Source of the DNA: a candidate division TM6 bacterium GW2011_GWF2_28_16
GTDB taxonomy: Bacteria > Patescibacteriota > Microgenomatia > UBA1400 > PJMF01
Assembly (NCBI GenBank): GCA_001029715.1
Contig: CP011212.1
Coordinates: forward strand, 462,936-526,935
DNA: 64,000 nucleotides
Reading direction: 5' to 3'
Shown here: one piece after another, positions 29,864 through 40,182 of the stretch
Layout of the letters: every line of letters begins with the position of its first letter
Position numbering within the stretch: position 1 is the first letter of the stretch
Translations under genes and position numbers: made by a program
Notes under the pieces: generated by a model
Seen by the model: only the letters and a program-made list of their open reading frames with translations
Databases searched by the model: none
Told to the model about the DNA's origin: nothing

Positions 29864-31095
29864 TATTTTTTTAAAATAAAATCCTCAATTTCACTAAGAA
29901 TTGAGCGAAAGGTATTTTTTTGTTTACCTCTTTTATTGAGAGAATAACTATTTATATAACTAAAAAGCATATCATGAGTAGTTGTTTTAGGTGACAAGCT
30001 GGGGGTTTTCCCTATTAAATATTCATATGCATTTATCAGATCAGTGCCTAATAGATTTACGTCAAACTTGTTAGCTCTAATTAGTGCATTTTTGCTTATT
30101 AACTCATATAAAAACTTTTTTTTTGATAAATCTTCAATTATTGAAGAAAAAGTTAAAGGCTCATTTCTAATAAAACCATTAATATTATTATCTATTAATT
30201 CAACTTGAGCATTGTCAAAAAGGGGGGTTGAATTTGTTATAATTGGTTTTCCACTTAACATTGATTCTACATACACATAGCCAAATGTTTCACCAATCAA
30301 TGAAGTATGAGCTAATACATCAACACTATTCAAGACCAAAGAAAGCAATTCTTCGTCAAGAATATTATCAAAAAATATAACTGATTTTTGTATTTTTTTC
30401 ACAAAAACCATTTTTCTAATATAGTCTGGGGCACCTATCAATATTAATTTAAATTTATCATTTTTTTTAGATAAAATTGACATTGACTTAATAAGCAAAG
30501 GACTAAACTTAAGCTCATCTTTTCTTCCATATTTCAGTAATACAAAGTCATTGTTTTTTAGACCAATGCTTTTTCTAAAAGAATTTATTTTGAATTTAGA
30601 AAAGTTGATTATTCGCTTAGTATCTAAAGGGTTATAAATTACCAAATTATTAATTTTAAATTCATCAAGAGACATCTTTTTATGTTCTATATATCTCATT
30701 GCAACAAACTTACTAACGAAAATTCTTAAATCAACGAGCTTTTCTTCTGAGTTGCCTGTTATTTTACCGAAATGGTTGGTTTCAACTAGCAAAACTTTTG
30801 TTTCTTTTTTAAGAAAGCGTATTAATTCAAACATTTTATTACTGGATCTATTCAAATGCACAATATCAGTTTTTTCATTTAAAATAATTTTTTTTAATTT
30901 ATGAAAATTTCCATTGCAAACAAATGTTTTTAAACCTACTTCTTTTGCTTCTTCAATAATTTTACCGCCCTCAAAAAATCCACATATCGATACTTTAAAA
31001 TTTTTGTTTTTTAATAAATATTTGGCAAAAACAAACATCGACTTCTCAGTTCCACCCATTCCTAAAGAATCAGAGATGCAGAGTATTTTAATCAT
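29842..31095 (-). CDS. GT4 glycosyltransferase
   Basis: GGTEK; ETFGYVYVESM..GKPII. Confidence 0.8.
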   Translation of the reverse strand: MIKILCISDSLGMGGTEKSMFVFAKYLLKNKNFKVSICGFFEGGKIIEEAKEVGLKTFVCNGNFHKLKKIILNEKTDIVHLNRSSNKMFELIRFLKKETKVLLVETNHFGKITGNSEEKLVDLRIFVSKFVAMRYIEHKKMSLDEFKINNLVIYNPLDTKRIINFSKFKINSFRKSIGLKNNDFVLLKYGRKDELKFSPLLIKSMSILSKKNDKFKLILIGAPDYIRKMVFVKKIQKSVIFFDNILDEELLSLVLNSVDVLAHTSLIGETFGYVYVESMLSGKPIITNSTPLFDNAQVELIDNNINGFIRNEPLTFSSIIEDLSKKKFLYELISKNALIRANKFDVNLLGTDLINAYEYLIGKTPSLSPKTTTHDMLFSYINSYSLNKRGKQKNTFRSILSEIEDFILKKYYSLLKK

Positions 31096-31915
31096 TACTA
31101 TTTTTTTTTAAAATAATTAGTAACTGGGGACCATAAAATTTAAATGGGTAAATTCCTAGTCTATTAAGAAATTTGCATAGTACTGTTATAAAAAAATAAA
31201 TCTTATAAAATTTATTTTTTTTAGGCATCCAATCCTTTTTAATACCCCATATTGACTCTGCCTTTTCTATAGTTACATTATTTTTTCCAGAAAGATAATG
31301 CACAAGCGATGTTAATCTTGGTTCAACTGTGGTATCCCAATCTGGTTTGTAAATTGTATTCGTTGCAATTGGTTTGACAAAATTCCAACGTAATTGGTTC
31401 TTGGGTAAAAGAAACATAAATAAATCTTGAAATAAAATTTTGACAGATCTAATTAGAATAGATTCCTTATTACATGGAGACCTATAGCACATTGATCCAA
31501 AGTTTGGACAAACAATAGCAATCTTCCCATTTTTTTTTGTGACACGAATCATTTCATTTATAATTTTTAATGGATTTTCTGTGTGTTCTATTACAAATGC
31601 TGAATATATAAGATCAAATTTACTATCTGGAAAATCCAAATATTCAATATTTCCAATGGAAAAATTTATATTCCGATATTTTGATTGAGCAATTTTTATT
31701 CCTATTTTACTATAATCCACACCGTAACAATTTTTTCTATTGCCACATATTCTGAAAAGCTTTGATCCTTCCCCACACCCACATTCGAGAATTAATTTTG
31801 AATTTTTAGCAATTTCACTAATAATTTTCAGGCCATAATTATTAGAGATATCGCTACTACTTTCACCAGATATTTTGTAATAATTATAATTATATATATT
31901 TTTATCTATGGACAT
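31088..31915 (-). CDS. Class I SAM-dependent methyltransferase
   Basis: LECGCGEG, GVD, LDFPDSKFD, VIEH, EMIRV. Confidence 0.88.
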   Translation of the reverse strand: MSIDKNIYNYNYYKISGESSSDISNNYGLKIISEIAKNSKLILECGCGEGSKLFRICGNRKNCYGVDYSKIGIKIAQSKYRNINFSIGNIEYLDFPDSKFDLIYSAFVIEHTENPLKIINEMIRVTKKNGKIAIVCPNFGSMCYRSPCNKESILIRSVKILFQDLFMFLLPKNQLRWNFVKPIATNTIYKPDWDTTVEPRLTSLVHYLSGKNNVTIEKAESIWGIKKDWMPKKNKFYKIYFFITVLCKFLNRLGIYPFKFYGPQLLIILKKNSND

Positions 31916-31918
31916 AAT

Positions 31919-32662
31919 TTAGTCTTTAATTTTTTTGTTTATGAAACGATTTATCAAAATTGGAAAATTAAAACAATATCTAATAATTGAAATAGCTCTG
32001 TTTACTTTATTTATTTTTTTCATTAAATGCATTGGTATATTATCAGCTATCGATCTAAATTTAAGTGCATCATCAATTATCTCTTTTTGTGAAGAAAAAA
32101 ATATTTCTTTTAATTTAAAACTATTCTTCCAAAAAAAACCGGTGTACTTTTCTTTAACTTTGACACAACGAAGTTCTTTATAAGCTGAGTGTATTAATGT
32201 TTTTGGAGTAAATATTAATACACCATTCCTTGCTTCAACCATCCACCGGTGATGACAAAAGCCCACATACCTATCTGAGTTTAAAAAGGGATCAACATTA
32301 TTTTTCATTTCATAAGCTCTATTTGGAAATTCAAAATAACCAGATTTGGAAATACGTTTTATTTCTTCTGCTAAAAAAGCTGGGTCCTTTATATCTTCTA
32401 AAACATGACCGCATATAACAAAATCGAACTCTTTATCATTAAAAGGAAGTTTATTTTTAATATCGTGCATTATCCAGGTGTTTTTATTAAAATGCTCTTT
32501 CATTTCTTTCGGAAAAGAATTTATTTTTTTTCTAGAATGAAATGGTAAAATATCTAGAACGTGAGTGGCTCTATTAAATGGTCTTTCCCATCCTCCTATA
32601 TCCAGCACCTTGTCGTTTTCTTTTAAAATAGATAAAATTTTTCTATAATTTTTTATTTTCAT
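31919..32662 (-). CDS. Class I SAM-dependent methyltransferase-like protein
   Basis: VLDIGG, LPFNDKEFDFVIC.HVLED, HHRW. Confidence 0.8.
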   Translation of the reverse strand: MKIKNYRKILSILKENDKVLDIGGWERPFNRATHVLDILPFHSRKKINSFPKEMKEHFNKNTWIMHDIKNKLPFNDKEFDFVICGHVLEDIKDPAFLAEEIKRISKSGYFEFPNRAYEMKNNVDPFLNSDRYVGFCHHRWMVEARNGVLIFTPKTLIHSAYKELRCVKVKEKYTGFFWKNSFKLKEIFFSSQKEIIDDALKFRSIADNIPMHLMKKINKVNRAISIIRYCFNFPILINRFINKKIKD

Positions 32663-33941
32663 ATCTTGATTTAATCCTAAAAAAATAAGTAGTAATAATA
32701 ATAATATTTGAAATTGTTATAACAATCAAACTCGAATATGCTATTCCAATGAAACCAAAGTTTGTAATAAAAATATAATCTAAAATAACATTAACAAAAC
32801 CAAAAAAGATAAGGTTTTTACTAACAATATCAAAATCACCGGTTCCCACTATAAAACCTTGTGGGAAAATTCCATTAAATAACGATATGCAGAGGACAAT
32901 TAACAATATATAAAATATAGAATAAAAATCATCATTACTATATTTTGAAAAAAACAAATCAATAATTTCTGGACCTACAAATAAAACAATTATAGTAATA
33001 AGAACTGAAAATAACAAAGAGTAAACAATGAATTTTTTTAATTTATTTAATATTATTTTATAATCATTTTTTGAAGCATGAGCAGTTATGGTTGGAGAAA
33101 TAACTTGAGCCAATATGTATACTGGAATAATTATTATGCTATTTATTTTATTAATTATTTCAAAATAATTAAGCTCATTAAAATAATGATATTTACCTAG
33201 AAAAAACACGTCTATCCTACTATAAAAAAAGTAAGCAATGCCTCCAAGACCTATTACGGCTGCATATTTAATAATATTTCTAATCATAATAAAATCAAAA
33301 TAAAATGTTGGTTTAATATTAAAAAGCAACAATAAAAATGAAATAACAGAATAGAGAATCACCTGGGAAAAAATAGACCCAGCAATTCCATATAAACTTA
33401 TTAGAGCAAGAGATGCAATCAATGTGATTAAACTTGATATAAAAATTATTAGTGATAAAGATTTAAATTTATTTAAACCTCTATAAATTCCGTCTAAAAC
33501 TGAAGATATTGGTATTAAATATATTAAAAATATTACAAATAATAAATATTTTTCAAATTCTGGAAAAAATCTTCCAAAATAAAAAAATGTTAAAATTGAA
33601 AATATTGAGGAGAGCAATGTAATAATAAAGAAAGCATTAAAAACCAATATTTTTACATTTTTTTTACTAACTAGATTCTGTTCAACGATAAGCTTACTAA
33701 CACTCGATGAAATACCAAAATCACAAAATGAAATAATTAAAAAAACCATTGCAATAAAATAATTATATTCTCCAAAAATTTTAGCTTCCAAATGATAAGA
33801 TGATATATAAAATATTGCAAACGATGTCCCTTGTTTGCTTAATATTTGAAGAAATCTCCAAAAGTAATTGGAAACTGTTGTTCTATGGTTGCTGTATAAT
33901 TTTTCTAATAATATCAGCATATTTTTTACCGATTTTCTCAT
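32643..33941 (-). CDS. Wzx-like polysaccharide flippase
   Basis: About 12 TMs, FG.Y, DFGIS, RID..FLG; exact start uncertain. Confidence 0.8.
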   Translation of the reverse strand: MRKSVKNMLILLEKLYSNHRTTVSNYFWRFLQILSKQGTSFAIFYISSYHLEAKIFGEYNYFIAMVFLIISFCDFGISSSVSKLIVEQNLVSKKNVKILVFNAFFIITLLSSIFSILTFFYFGRFFPEFEKYLLFVIFLIYLIPISSVLDGIYRGLNKFKSLSLIIFISSLITLIASLALISLYGIAGSIFSQVILYSVISFLLLLFNIKPTFYFDFIMIRNIIKYAAVIGLGGIAYFFYSRIDVFFLGKYHYFNELNYFEIINKINSIIIIPVYILAQVISPTITAHASKNDYKIILNKLKKFIVYSLLFSVLITIIVLFVGPEIIDLFFSKYSNDDFYSIFYILLIVLCISLFNGIFPQGFIVGTGDFDIVSKNLIFFGFVNVILDYIFITNFGFIGIAYSSLIVITISNIIIITTYFFRIKSRYENKKL

Positions 33942-35013
33942 AATTAAATTTATTTTTTACTTTATCAAATCCTTTGTTTCCTAGATAGTTTTTAAAATTT
34001 GGAGAATTTTGCAACTTTTTGATAGCATTAATATAATCTTGTTTAGTTGAGGCAAAAATAATACTACCATTAGCAATTTTTTTTAATTCGAAAGTTGGAG
34101 TAGCTATAACTGCTTTTTTTTCAGACCAATAATCATAAAGCTTAACTGGATTGGTGGTGTCATTTAAAGGAATTTTTTTTAATGGAATTATTCCAATATC
34201 TGATTTCGCAATTAATCTAGATGCAGTGTTACTATTAACACTTTCATGTATAAATATATTTTTTATAGATAATGATTTTTTTATCAAATAATCTTTTAAA
34301 TTTCCATCTCCATATATGTCTAATTTTATATTTGGAAATTCTTTCATAACTTCAAAAAGAAGATCAAAGTCAAACCAATCTCTCAATGTTCCTATAAAGT
34401 TTATTTGTTTAATCTCTTCGCTTTTTAGTGTGTTTTTTTTATTTTTATTGTTAATAAGCTTGCCGTTTGGCATATAAAAAACTGATTTCTTAATCTTCTT
34501 GAATAATAAATATTGCTTTGTACTAGTTGTTGTGATCGCACTGGAATATTTAACAAAAATTGGTTTTGAAATATACTTCCAAAAAAATTTATGAGTGGGT
34601 TTTTTCTCGACTAGTTCCCAGTCGTCTATTAAGTCAAAAATAAAAGTAACTTTTTTAAAATAACAATACAAGCAAACCAATACTGTATTGAAATAATTAT
34701 CTACAACAACAAAATCTGGTTTTATCTTAATTAAAATATATAAATTTCTAAGGTTCTCTAAAAACAACAATAATAAGCCTTGATTCAAATTAATCTTTTT
34801 ACTAACGACGTCTATGTCTTTTGGAATTAAATTTTTAGACACTCTTTTGATTCTCAGGGACTTATTTTTACCAGAATACTCCACTGGTTCTACATATGTA
34901 AATTTAATGTTATTTTTACATAAAGAAATAACTAAAGACTGCTCTCTAGCAAAATAATAGTCCCAAACTACTAATGCAAAAAAAAGCCCATTAATTTTAC
35001 TATTCTTTGTCAT
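33883..35013 (-). CDS. GT4-like glycosyltransferase
   Basis: DLIDDW, PNG, FIGTL..W.D, NPVKLYDY. Confidence 0.78.
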   Translation of the reverse strand: MTKNSKINGLFFALVVWDYYFAREQSLVISLCKNNIKFTYVEPVEYSGKNKSLRIKRVSKNLIPKDIDVVSKKINLNQGLLLLFLENLRNLYILIKIKPDFVVVDNYFNTVLVCLYCYFKKVTFIFDLIDDWELVEKKPTHKFFWKYISKPIFVKYSSAITTTSTKQYLLFKKIKKSVFYMPNGKLINNKNKKNTLKSEEIKQINFIGTLRDWFDFDLLFEVMKEFPNIKLDIYGDGNLKDYLIKKSLSIKNIFIHESVNSNTASRLIAKSDIGIIPLKKIPLNDTTNPVKLYDYWSEKKAVIATPTFELKKIANGSIIFASTKQDYINAIKKLQNSPNFKNYLGNKGFDKVKNKFNYEKIGKKYADIIRKIIQQP

Positions 35014-36134
35014 TCTTTGTTTGCTATTAATTTATATATTTTAGATAGTTTTAACACAGATTTTTCCCAATCATATTTTTTTGCGTTAATGATGCCTTTT
35101 TTAGAAAATAAATCTCTTTTATCTTTGTTATATAAAAGAATCTTTATACCACTTAGTATATCTTTTGTTGATTTTGGATTTACGAGGTATGCAGAATCAT
35201 TAGTTAGCTCCGACATTGAACTATTTTTAGAAGTAATAACTGAAGTACCACAAGATTGGGCTTCTAAAACCGGAAAACCAAACCCTTCAATCAGAGAGGC
35301 AAATAGAACAATTGTAGATGCAGAGTACAATTTGGATAAATCTTTGTTACTTACGGAGTCTAAATGTATAAGATTATTATTGTTATTATTATAAAAATTT
35401 ATTTTCCATCCAATTCTTCCGACTAGAACCAAAGGAATTTTTATTTTTCTATTAATATTAAGTTCTCCAATTGCTTCTATATATCTCAAAATGTTTTTTC
35501 TAGGTTGTATAGTTCCAACAGACAATAAAAATCTATCTGGCAATGAATATTTTCTCTTAATTTCATTAATTTCTTTTTTAGTAGATGGCTTAAAAATATT
35601 TTTATCAATTCCCAAGTGTATAACTTCTATATTTCGTTTAATCTTTTTTTTATAGTAATTCAAAATTTCTTTTTTAGAAAATTTAGAATCTGTAATTAAA
35701 ATATTTGAAAATGAAATTGAAAGAAAAAAGTTTAACTTCCAATATAAATAATTTAGAAAATTTTCTGTTTCTGGATGGGTAATAGGAATTAAGTCATGCA
35801 ATGTGGTTACTTTTTTAATAAATGGAAAAAAATTGGATGTGCTTTTTGGTAAGTGCAGGACATCAATTCTATAAAAAAAAGCACCAAGTGGTAAAACGAT
35901 TAAATCATATATTGGAAGTAAAAATTTCCATTTTGGAAATAAACAAACTTCTTTAACTTCTTTAAAACTTCCTTTTAATTTTTTGTTGTTATAAAAAATA
36001 ATCAACTCAATATCCTTATCTTTTTTAATTTGTTTTACTAAATTAATAACATAATTTTTCACTCCACCTCTTTCAGACAAGGTTCTAGCATCAATTCCAA
36101 CCCTAATTTTTTTAGAAAAATTATTTCTTAACAT
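35010..36134 (-). CDS. GT4 glycosyltransferase
   Basis: IGIDAR, TLHDLIP, VGTIQPRKN, EGFGFPVLEA. Confidence 0.9.
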   Translation of the reverse strand: MLRNNFSKKIRVGIDARTLSERGGVKNYVINLVKQIKKDKDIELIIFYNNKKLKGSFKEVKEVCLFPKWKFLLPIYDLIVLPLGAFFYRIDVLHLPKSTSNFFPFIKKVTTLHDLIPITHPETENFLNYLYWKLNFFLSISFSNILITDSKFSKKEILNYYKKKIKRNIEVIHLGIDKNIFKPSTKKEINEIKRKYSLPDRFLLSVGTIQPRKNILRYIEAIGELNINRKIKIPLVLVGRIGWKINFYNNNNNNLIHLDSVSNKDLSKLYSASTIVLFASLIEGFGFPVLEAQSCGTSVITSKNSSMSELTNDSAYLVNPKSTKDILSGIKILLYNKDKRDLFSKKGIINAKKYDWEKSVLKLSKIYKLIANKE

Positions 36135-37179
36135 TATTTATTGCTTTAGCTAAAGATTCTGGAGTCTGCTCAGAAACAAAAATACCATTTTTGCCAAGTA
36201 TTTTTCTATTTTCTTCTATATCAAAACAAACAATGTTTTTTAGCTCTAAGTATTTATATATATAAAGTTTTGCGTTGGCCTCACCACTGGCACCTAGCAA
36301 CTTTGGGGAAACCGCAACGTCTAAATTTTTTAAATAACCACCTGCTTTTTCATAAGGAACTTTACCTGTCAGAGTAACTCTATCTTCAACTTTTAATTCT
36401 TTAAGTCTTTTCTCCACGTGCTCCAAAGGATATCCCATGATTAAAAAATGAAACTTATTATCAATGTATGGAATAGCATCCAATAAATAATCAACACCTT
36501 TATATGGTTGTAAACCACCCAAATAACCAACAATTATTTTGTTATCTGGCATATCTAATTTTATTTTTTTAACTTTAGAATTAAAAAGAGTTTTGTTCGG
36601 AAAATCCTTTATAGCGGTAATTTTATTAACCCTTCCAAATTTTTTAGCAAAAAAATCTTTTAGTCCTTCTGTAGAGGTTACTATCTCATCACAATTGAGT
36701 ACTATATATTTCTCTATTTTTTCTAAAATAGAAGATATAAAACTTCCTCCTTTTATTGTTCCATGACTAGCTAATTCACCAACAAGTGAACCCTGTGCAT
36801 CGAAGACTACTGGTAATTTAAAAAATTTTTTGGCAACTAAACCTATTAAAGCCGCTTCAAATGTGTGAGCGTATATATAATCAAAGACATTTCTTTTACA
36901 AAGCCTAATAGTATTAATGAGTATAAAAAAATCCGCAATTGGCTTAAAAATATTAAATCCAGGAGAAGTATTTTTATAAAACGGAATACGAATGGTTCTG
37001 CTTATATTTAATCCATCTATATCTCTTCCTAAATTATAAGTTAATAGCTGTATCTTATTATTTTCTTTCTTCAATCTTAGATAACTATCTAAAACTCTTA
37101 TTGAGCAACCTCTGTCAGCAAAAAATGGTGTAGTAGCGATCATTAATATTTTATTATTTTGTTTTTTCATAATATACAA
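36121..37179 (-). CDS. GT4 glycosyltransferase
   Basis: PFFADRGC.IR, YLGGL..YKGVD, GKVPYE. Confidence 0.8.
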   Translation of the reverse strand: MYIMKKQNNKILMIATTPFFADRGCSIRVLDSYLRLKKENNKIQLLTYNLGRDIDGLNISRTIRIPFYKNTSPGFNIFKPIADFFILINTIRLCKRNVFDYIYAHTFEAALIGLVAKKFFKLPVVFDAQGSLVGELASHGTIKGGSFISSILEKIEKYIVLNCDEIVTSTEGLKDFFAKKFGRVNKITAIKDFPNKTLFNSKVKKIKLDMPDNKIIVGYLGGLQPYKGVDYLLDAIPYIDNKFHFLIMGYPLEHVEKRLKELKVEDRVTLTGKVPYEKAGGYLKNLDVAVSPKLLGASGEANAKLYIYKYLELKNIVCFDIEENRKILGKNGIFVSEQTPESLAKAINNVKK

Positions 37180-37224
37180 ATTACAATTATGCCATAAAAA
37201 CTCATTTTCTTGCTATACTAAAGT

Positions 37225-39150
37225 GTGCATAGAAAAAATCTTTTTCTTATTTTCTTTTTTGGCTTATTATTTCGTCTAGTTGTTATGCCTTGGGCTATGC
37301 AGGCTGACTTGTTATCTATGACCTATAGATCAAATTTGATGAGCAACTATGATTTATGGAATCAAGATAATAACCAGATTTTTGGTCACTACGTCTATGC
37401 TTTGAATTTAAAACTAATTGAGCCTTTTTTTGGCAATTTACAACATTTTTTTTCTGCTTCTCATGGCATGTCTCCTAGTTCTACCACCAGCAGCGTAGGG
37501 GATTGGCTTAATTTCGTTTCAAATCCTCAAATTAATGCTTTCATTTTTGCTCTTAAAATTCCCCATCTTCTAGCAGATATTGCCATTTTTTTGATTTTAG
37601 CTAAATTTTTATCAAAAAATAAAAAACGTAATCTAATTTTGAGCTTATGGTGGTTTAATCCTGTTAATATTTATGCTTTTTATGTTTTTGCTCGCCATGA
37701 CTCTTTAACTTTATTGGCGCTGTTACTTGCTACGCTATTTTTAGCCAAAGAAAAAATCTTTCCAGCTCTCTTAGCTTTCTTCGCGGCTGTTCAAATTCGC
37801 TTTCAGCCCATACTTTATTTGCCCTTATTTTTGATTCATTTATGGCGAAATTTTCCTATTAAAAAACTTATTGCCAATTTATTATTAACTAGTCTAGCTA
37901 TCTTGGCTATTATTCTAATTGAGAAGAATCTACCTTTCGACCAAGCTTTATTTGATCAAATTAAAGGCATTGATCATCAAATAGAAACAGTACAAACTCC
38001 ACCTGAAACAAATTTAATCAGCCAAATCATTAGTAAACCTTTTGAATTAGCCACCTCCGTTGGAGGGCGTAGTTCCATGAACAAATTACTCATTTTTAGC
38101 GGTGTTTATGCCTTTCTCAATCTCCTCTATCTTTTCCTCAAAAAAGCCAAAAATCCTCAAGAAGCCTTTCTACAGTTAAATTTAATTTTATATATCAGTA
38201 TGTCGGTATATTTTTTCATTAATGATTTTTCCCCTCACTATTTTGTCTGGCTTTCTTTATTTGCCAGCGTCAGTGCTTTATTCAGTAAACAATTTGTCTG
38301 TGCTTATTTGCTTTCTATTCTGGGTTGGGGAGTGATGGGACTGGTCGATCCTGGCAATTTTGCCATTAATCAAAATCTCTTTTTGCCTGTTTCGCCAGTT
38401 ATTTTTAATACTCCTCAATTGGCTTATCTTGTTCCACATCAAGCTCTGATTTTTAATCTCGGTCGACTAGTTTTTAGTGGCGGATTACTCTGGTCAAGCT
38501 ATCTCGCTCTTAAATATTTAGTCAAAGATATGAATTTTAAACAAACTTGGAAGAATAGCTTAAAAATTGGTCTTTTTTTATTGGCTTTTTTGCCTTTAGT
38601 TTTTGCTAAGCCAGTTCAAGCCGCTAAAGTCCCCGTCTTAGAACAAGATGGTCAAGAAAAAATTCTTTTAGAACCAGGCGCTGCTTATCAGAACTCTTTT
38701 GTTTCTAACAGTGATCATTTTGGCGCTTTAGATCTCAAATTCGATACTTCGCGCAGTACAGAACAAAAATATTTAATTTTTAGACTTAAGGAAGAAGGCG
38801 AGGATGATTGGTATTACCAAAATCGCTATAATATAGCCGATTTTTACAATAACGCCTTTTATCCTTTTGGCTTTCCTTCTATCAGCGATGCACTTGGCAA
38901 GAAGTATGTCTATGAAGTTGAATTAGTTACTGCAGGCAATTATCCACTCTATATTTATGATCATAGCTACATTGTCTCCAAAGAGGGTAGCATGAGAGAA
39001 ATTTTACAAATCATCAAAAGTGACTTGCTAACTAAGTGGCAAAATCAGAAAAAGTTTTGGATTTTTTGGCTGAGTTTATTGGGCATAAATTTATTAGCTT
39101 TAATTGTAGTGATTGCCATCCCACCAAGAAACAAAAAAGCCACCTTTTAA
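37225..39150 (+). CDS. GT-C-like (GT87/PIG-M-like) membrane protein with C-terminal extracytoplasmic module
   Basis: LKIPHLLAD, WWFNP, RHD, FSPHYFVW; C-terminal YPFGFP module and TM; TATACT just before GTG start. Confidence 0.7.
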   Translation: MHRKNLFLIFFFGLLFRLVVMPWAMQADLLSMTYRSNLMSNYDLWNQDNNQIFGHYVYALNLKLIEPFFGNLQHFFSASHGMSPSSTTSSVGDWLNFVSNPQINAFIFALKIPHLLADIAIFLILAKFLSKNKKRNLILSLWWFNPVNIYAFYVFARHDSLTLLALLLATLFLAKEKIFPALLAFFAAVQIRFQPILYLPLFLIHLWRNFPIKKLIANLLLTSLAILAIILIEKNLPFDQALFDQIKGIDHQIETVQTPPETNLISQIISKPFELATSVGGRSSMNKLLIFSGVYAFLNLLYLFLKKAKNPQEAFLQLNLILYISMSVYFFINDFSPHYFVWLSLFASVSALFSKQFVCAYLLSILGWGVMGLVDPGNFAINQNLFLPVSPVIFNTPQLAYLVPHQALIFNLGRLVFSGGLLWSSYLALKYLVKDMNFKQTWKNSLKIGLFLLAFLPLVFAKPVQAAKVPVLEQDGQEKILLEPGAAYQNSFVSNSDHFGALDLKFDTSRSTEQKYLIFRLKEEGEDDWYYQNRYNIADFYNNAFYPFGFPSISDALGKKYVYEVELVTAGNYPLYIYDHSYIVSKEGSMREILQIIKSDLLTKWQNQKKFWIFWLSLLGINLLALIVVIAIPPRNKKATF

Positions 39151-39234
39151 AGTGGTCTTTTTGCTTTGCTTTTAGGGTTGCCCGCAAAATAATTATCTCT
39201 CCTCTATATTTCAAGAACTGCTACAATTGCTTCA

Positions 39235-40182
39235 ATGAAAGCCGTACTTAGTGGTTCTATTGCTATTGACCAAATCATGAGTTTTGATGGGAGTTATGCT
39301 GATTTAATCCAGCCAGATAAACTTCACGTTCTTTCCATTTCTCCCTTGGTTAAAAAAATGACAAGAACACGTGGTGGCATAGCAGGCAACATTGCTTATT
39401 CATTAGCTTTGCTTGGTGAAAAACCTATTTTACTCGCTAGTGCTGGCTCAGACGCTACAGATTATCTCTCTAACTTAGAAAAAATTGGCGTTAATCTAGA
39501 ACACATGCACCTCAGCCAATTGCCTACAGCCACCTTCAGTGTCTTAACCGACAGCAATAACTGTCAAGTGGGAGGTTTTTATCCAGGAGCCATGAGTGAC
39601 GCCTCTTCTCTTAATTTAAAAGCTTTTGCCAATGATGATGTGTTAATGGTTGTCTCTGCTCATGATCCAGGGCAAATGGCTAAGCAAGTCTTAGATTGTC
39701 GAAAACTTCATAAGAAGTTGCTTTATGACCCTGGTCAACAAAGTTTAATTCTTGACAAAAAAGACCTCGAGCAAGCCATCGACACCGCTGAAATACTCAT
39801 CGTTAACGATTATGAAATGGGTCTGCTTTGTCAAAAGCTCGAAATGTCTAAAGAAGAGATTATTCAAAGATTGCCACTTTGTATTATCACTTTGGGTAAA
39901 GAAGGTGCCTTCTTCTACCAAAGATTAGATGGTCATCAAAAACACTTGACTAAAGCTGTTTTACTTAAAGAAGTTCTCGATCCAACTGGTGCTGGTGATG
40001 CTTTTCGTGCTGGCTTCATTTATGCTTATTTGCATTCTTGGTCAATTAAAAACGCGATACAATTGGCTAACGTAGTGGCTTCATTTGCAGCAGAGCAATA
40101 TGGCACTCAAAATCATCAACTTAAATGGCCAATTATTAAACAAAGATACAAGGAAACTTATGGCGAAAAATGTCCAAACTGA
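39235..40182 (+). CDS. PfkB-family kinase, probable adenosine kinase
   Basis: [41 protein letters not shown]; directly upstream of ahcY. Confidence 0.88.
   Translation: MKAVLSGSIAIDQIMSFDGSYADLIQPDKLHVLSISPLVKKMTRTRGGIAGNIAYSLALLGEKPILLASAGSDATDYLSNLEKIGVNLEHMHLSQLPTATFSVLTDSNNCQVGGFYPGAMSDASSLNLKAFANDDVLMVVSAHDPGQMAKQVLDCRKLHKKLLYDPGQQSLILDKKDLEQAIDTAEILIVNDYEMGLLCQKLEMSKEEIIQRLPLCIITLGKEGAFFYQRLDGHQKHLTKAVLLKEVLDPTGAGDAFRAGFIYAYLHSWSIKNAIQLANVVASFAAEQYGTQNHQLKWPIIKQRYKETYGEKCPN

Larger units (their letters stand above)
27287..37179. other. Very AT-rich island of glycan-modification genes
   Basis: Visibly lower GC, ATA/AGA/AAA-rich coding and Asn/Ile/Lys-rich proteins compared with flanks; no integrase seen; edges approximate. 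Confidence 0.65.

Noticed and set aside
27287-37179. Phase-variable homopolymer tracts
   Set aside because: A/T runs of 8-9 are expected at this AT content; no long G/C tracts or frameshifted genes seen.
39135-39162. Terminator after the 641-aa gene
   Set aside because: Only a 5-bp stem (GCCAC/GTGGT) overlapping the coding end; too weak to call.
39150-39234. SAH or SAM riboswitch upstream of the kinase-ahcY operon
   Set aside because: No recognisable consensus; TACAAT lies just before the ATG, leaving no leader.
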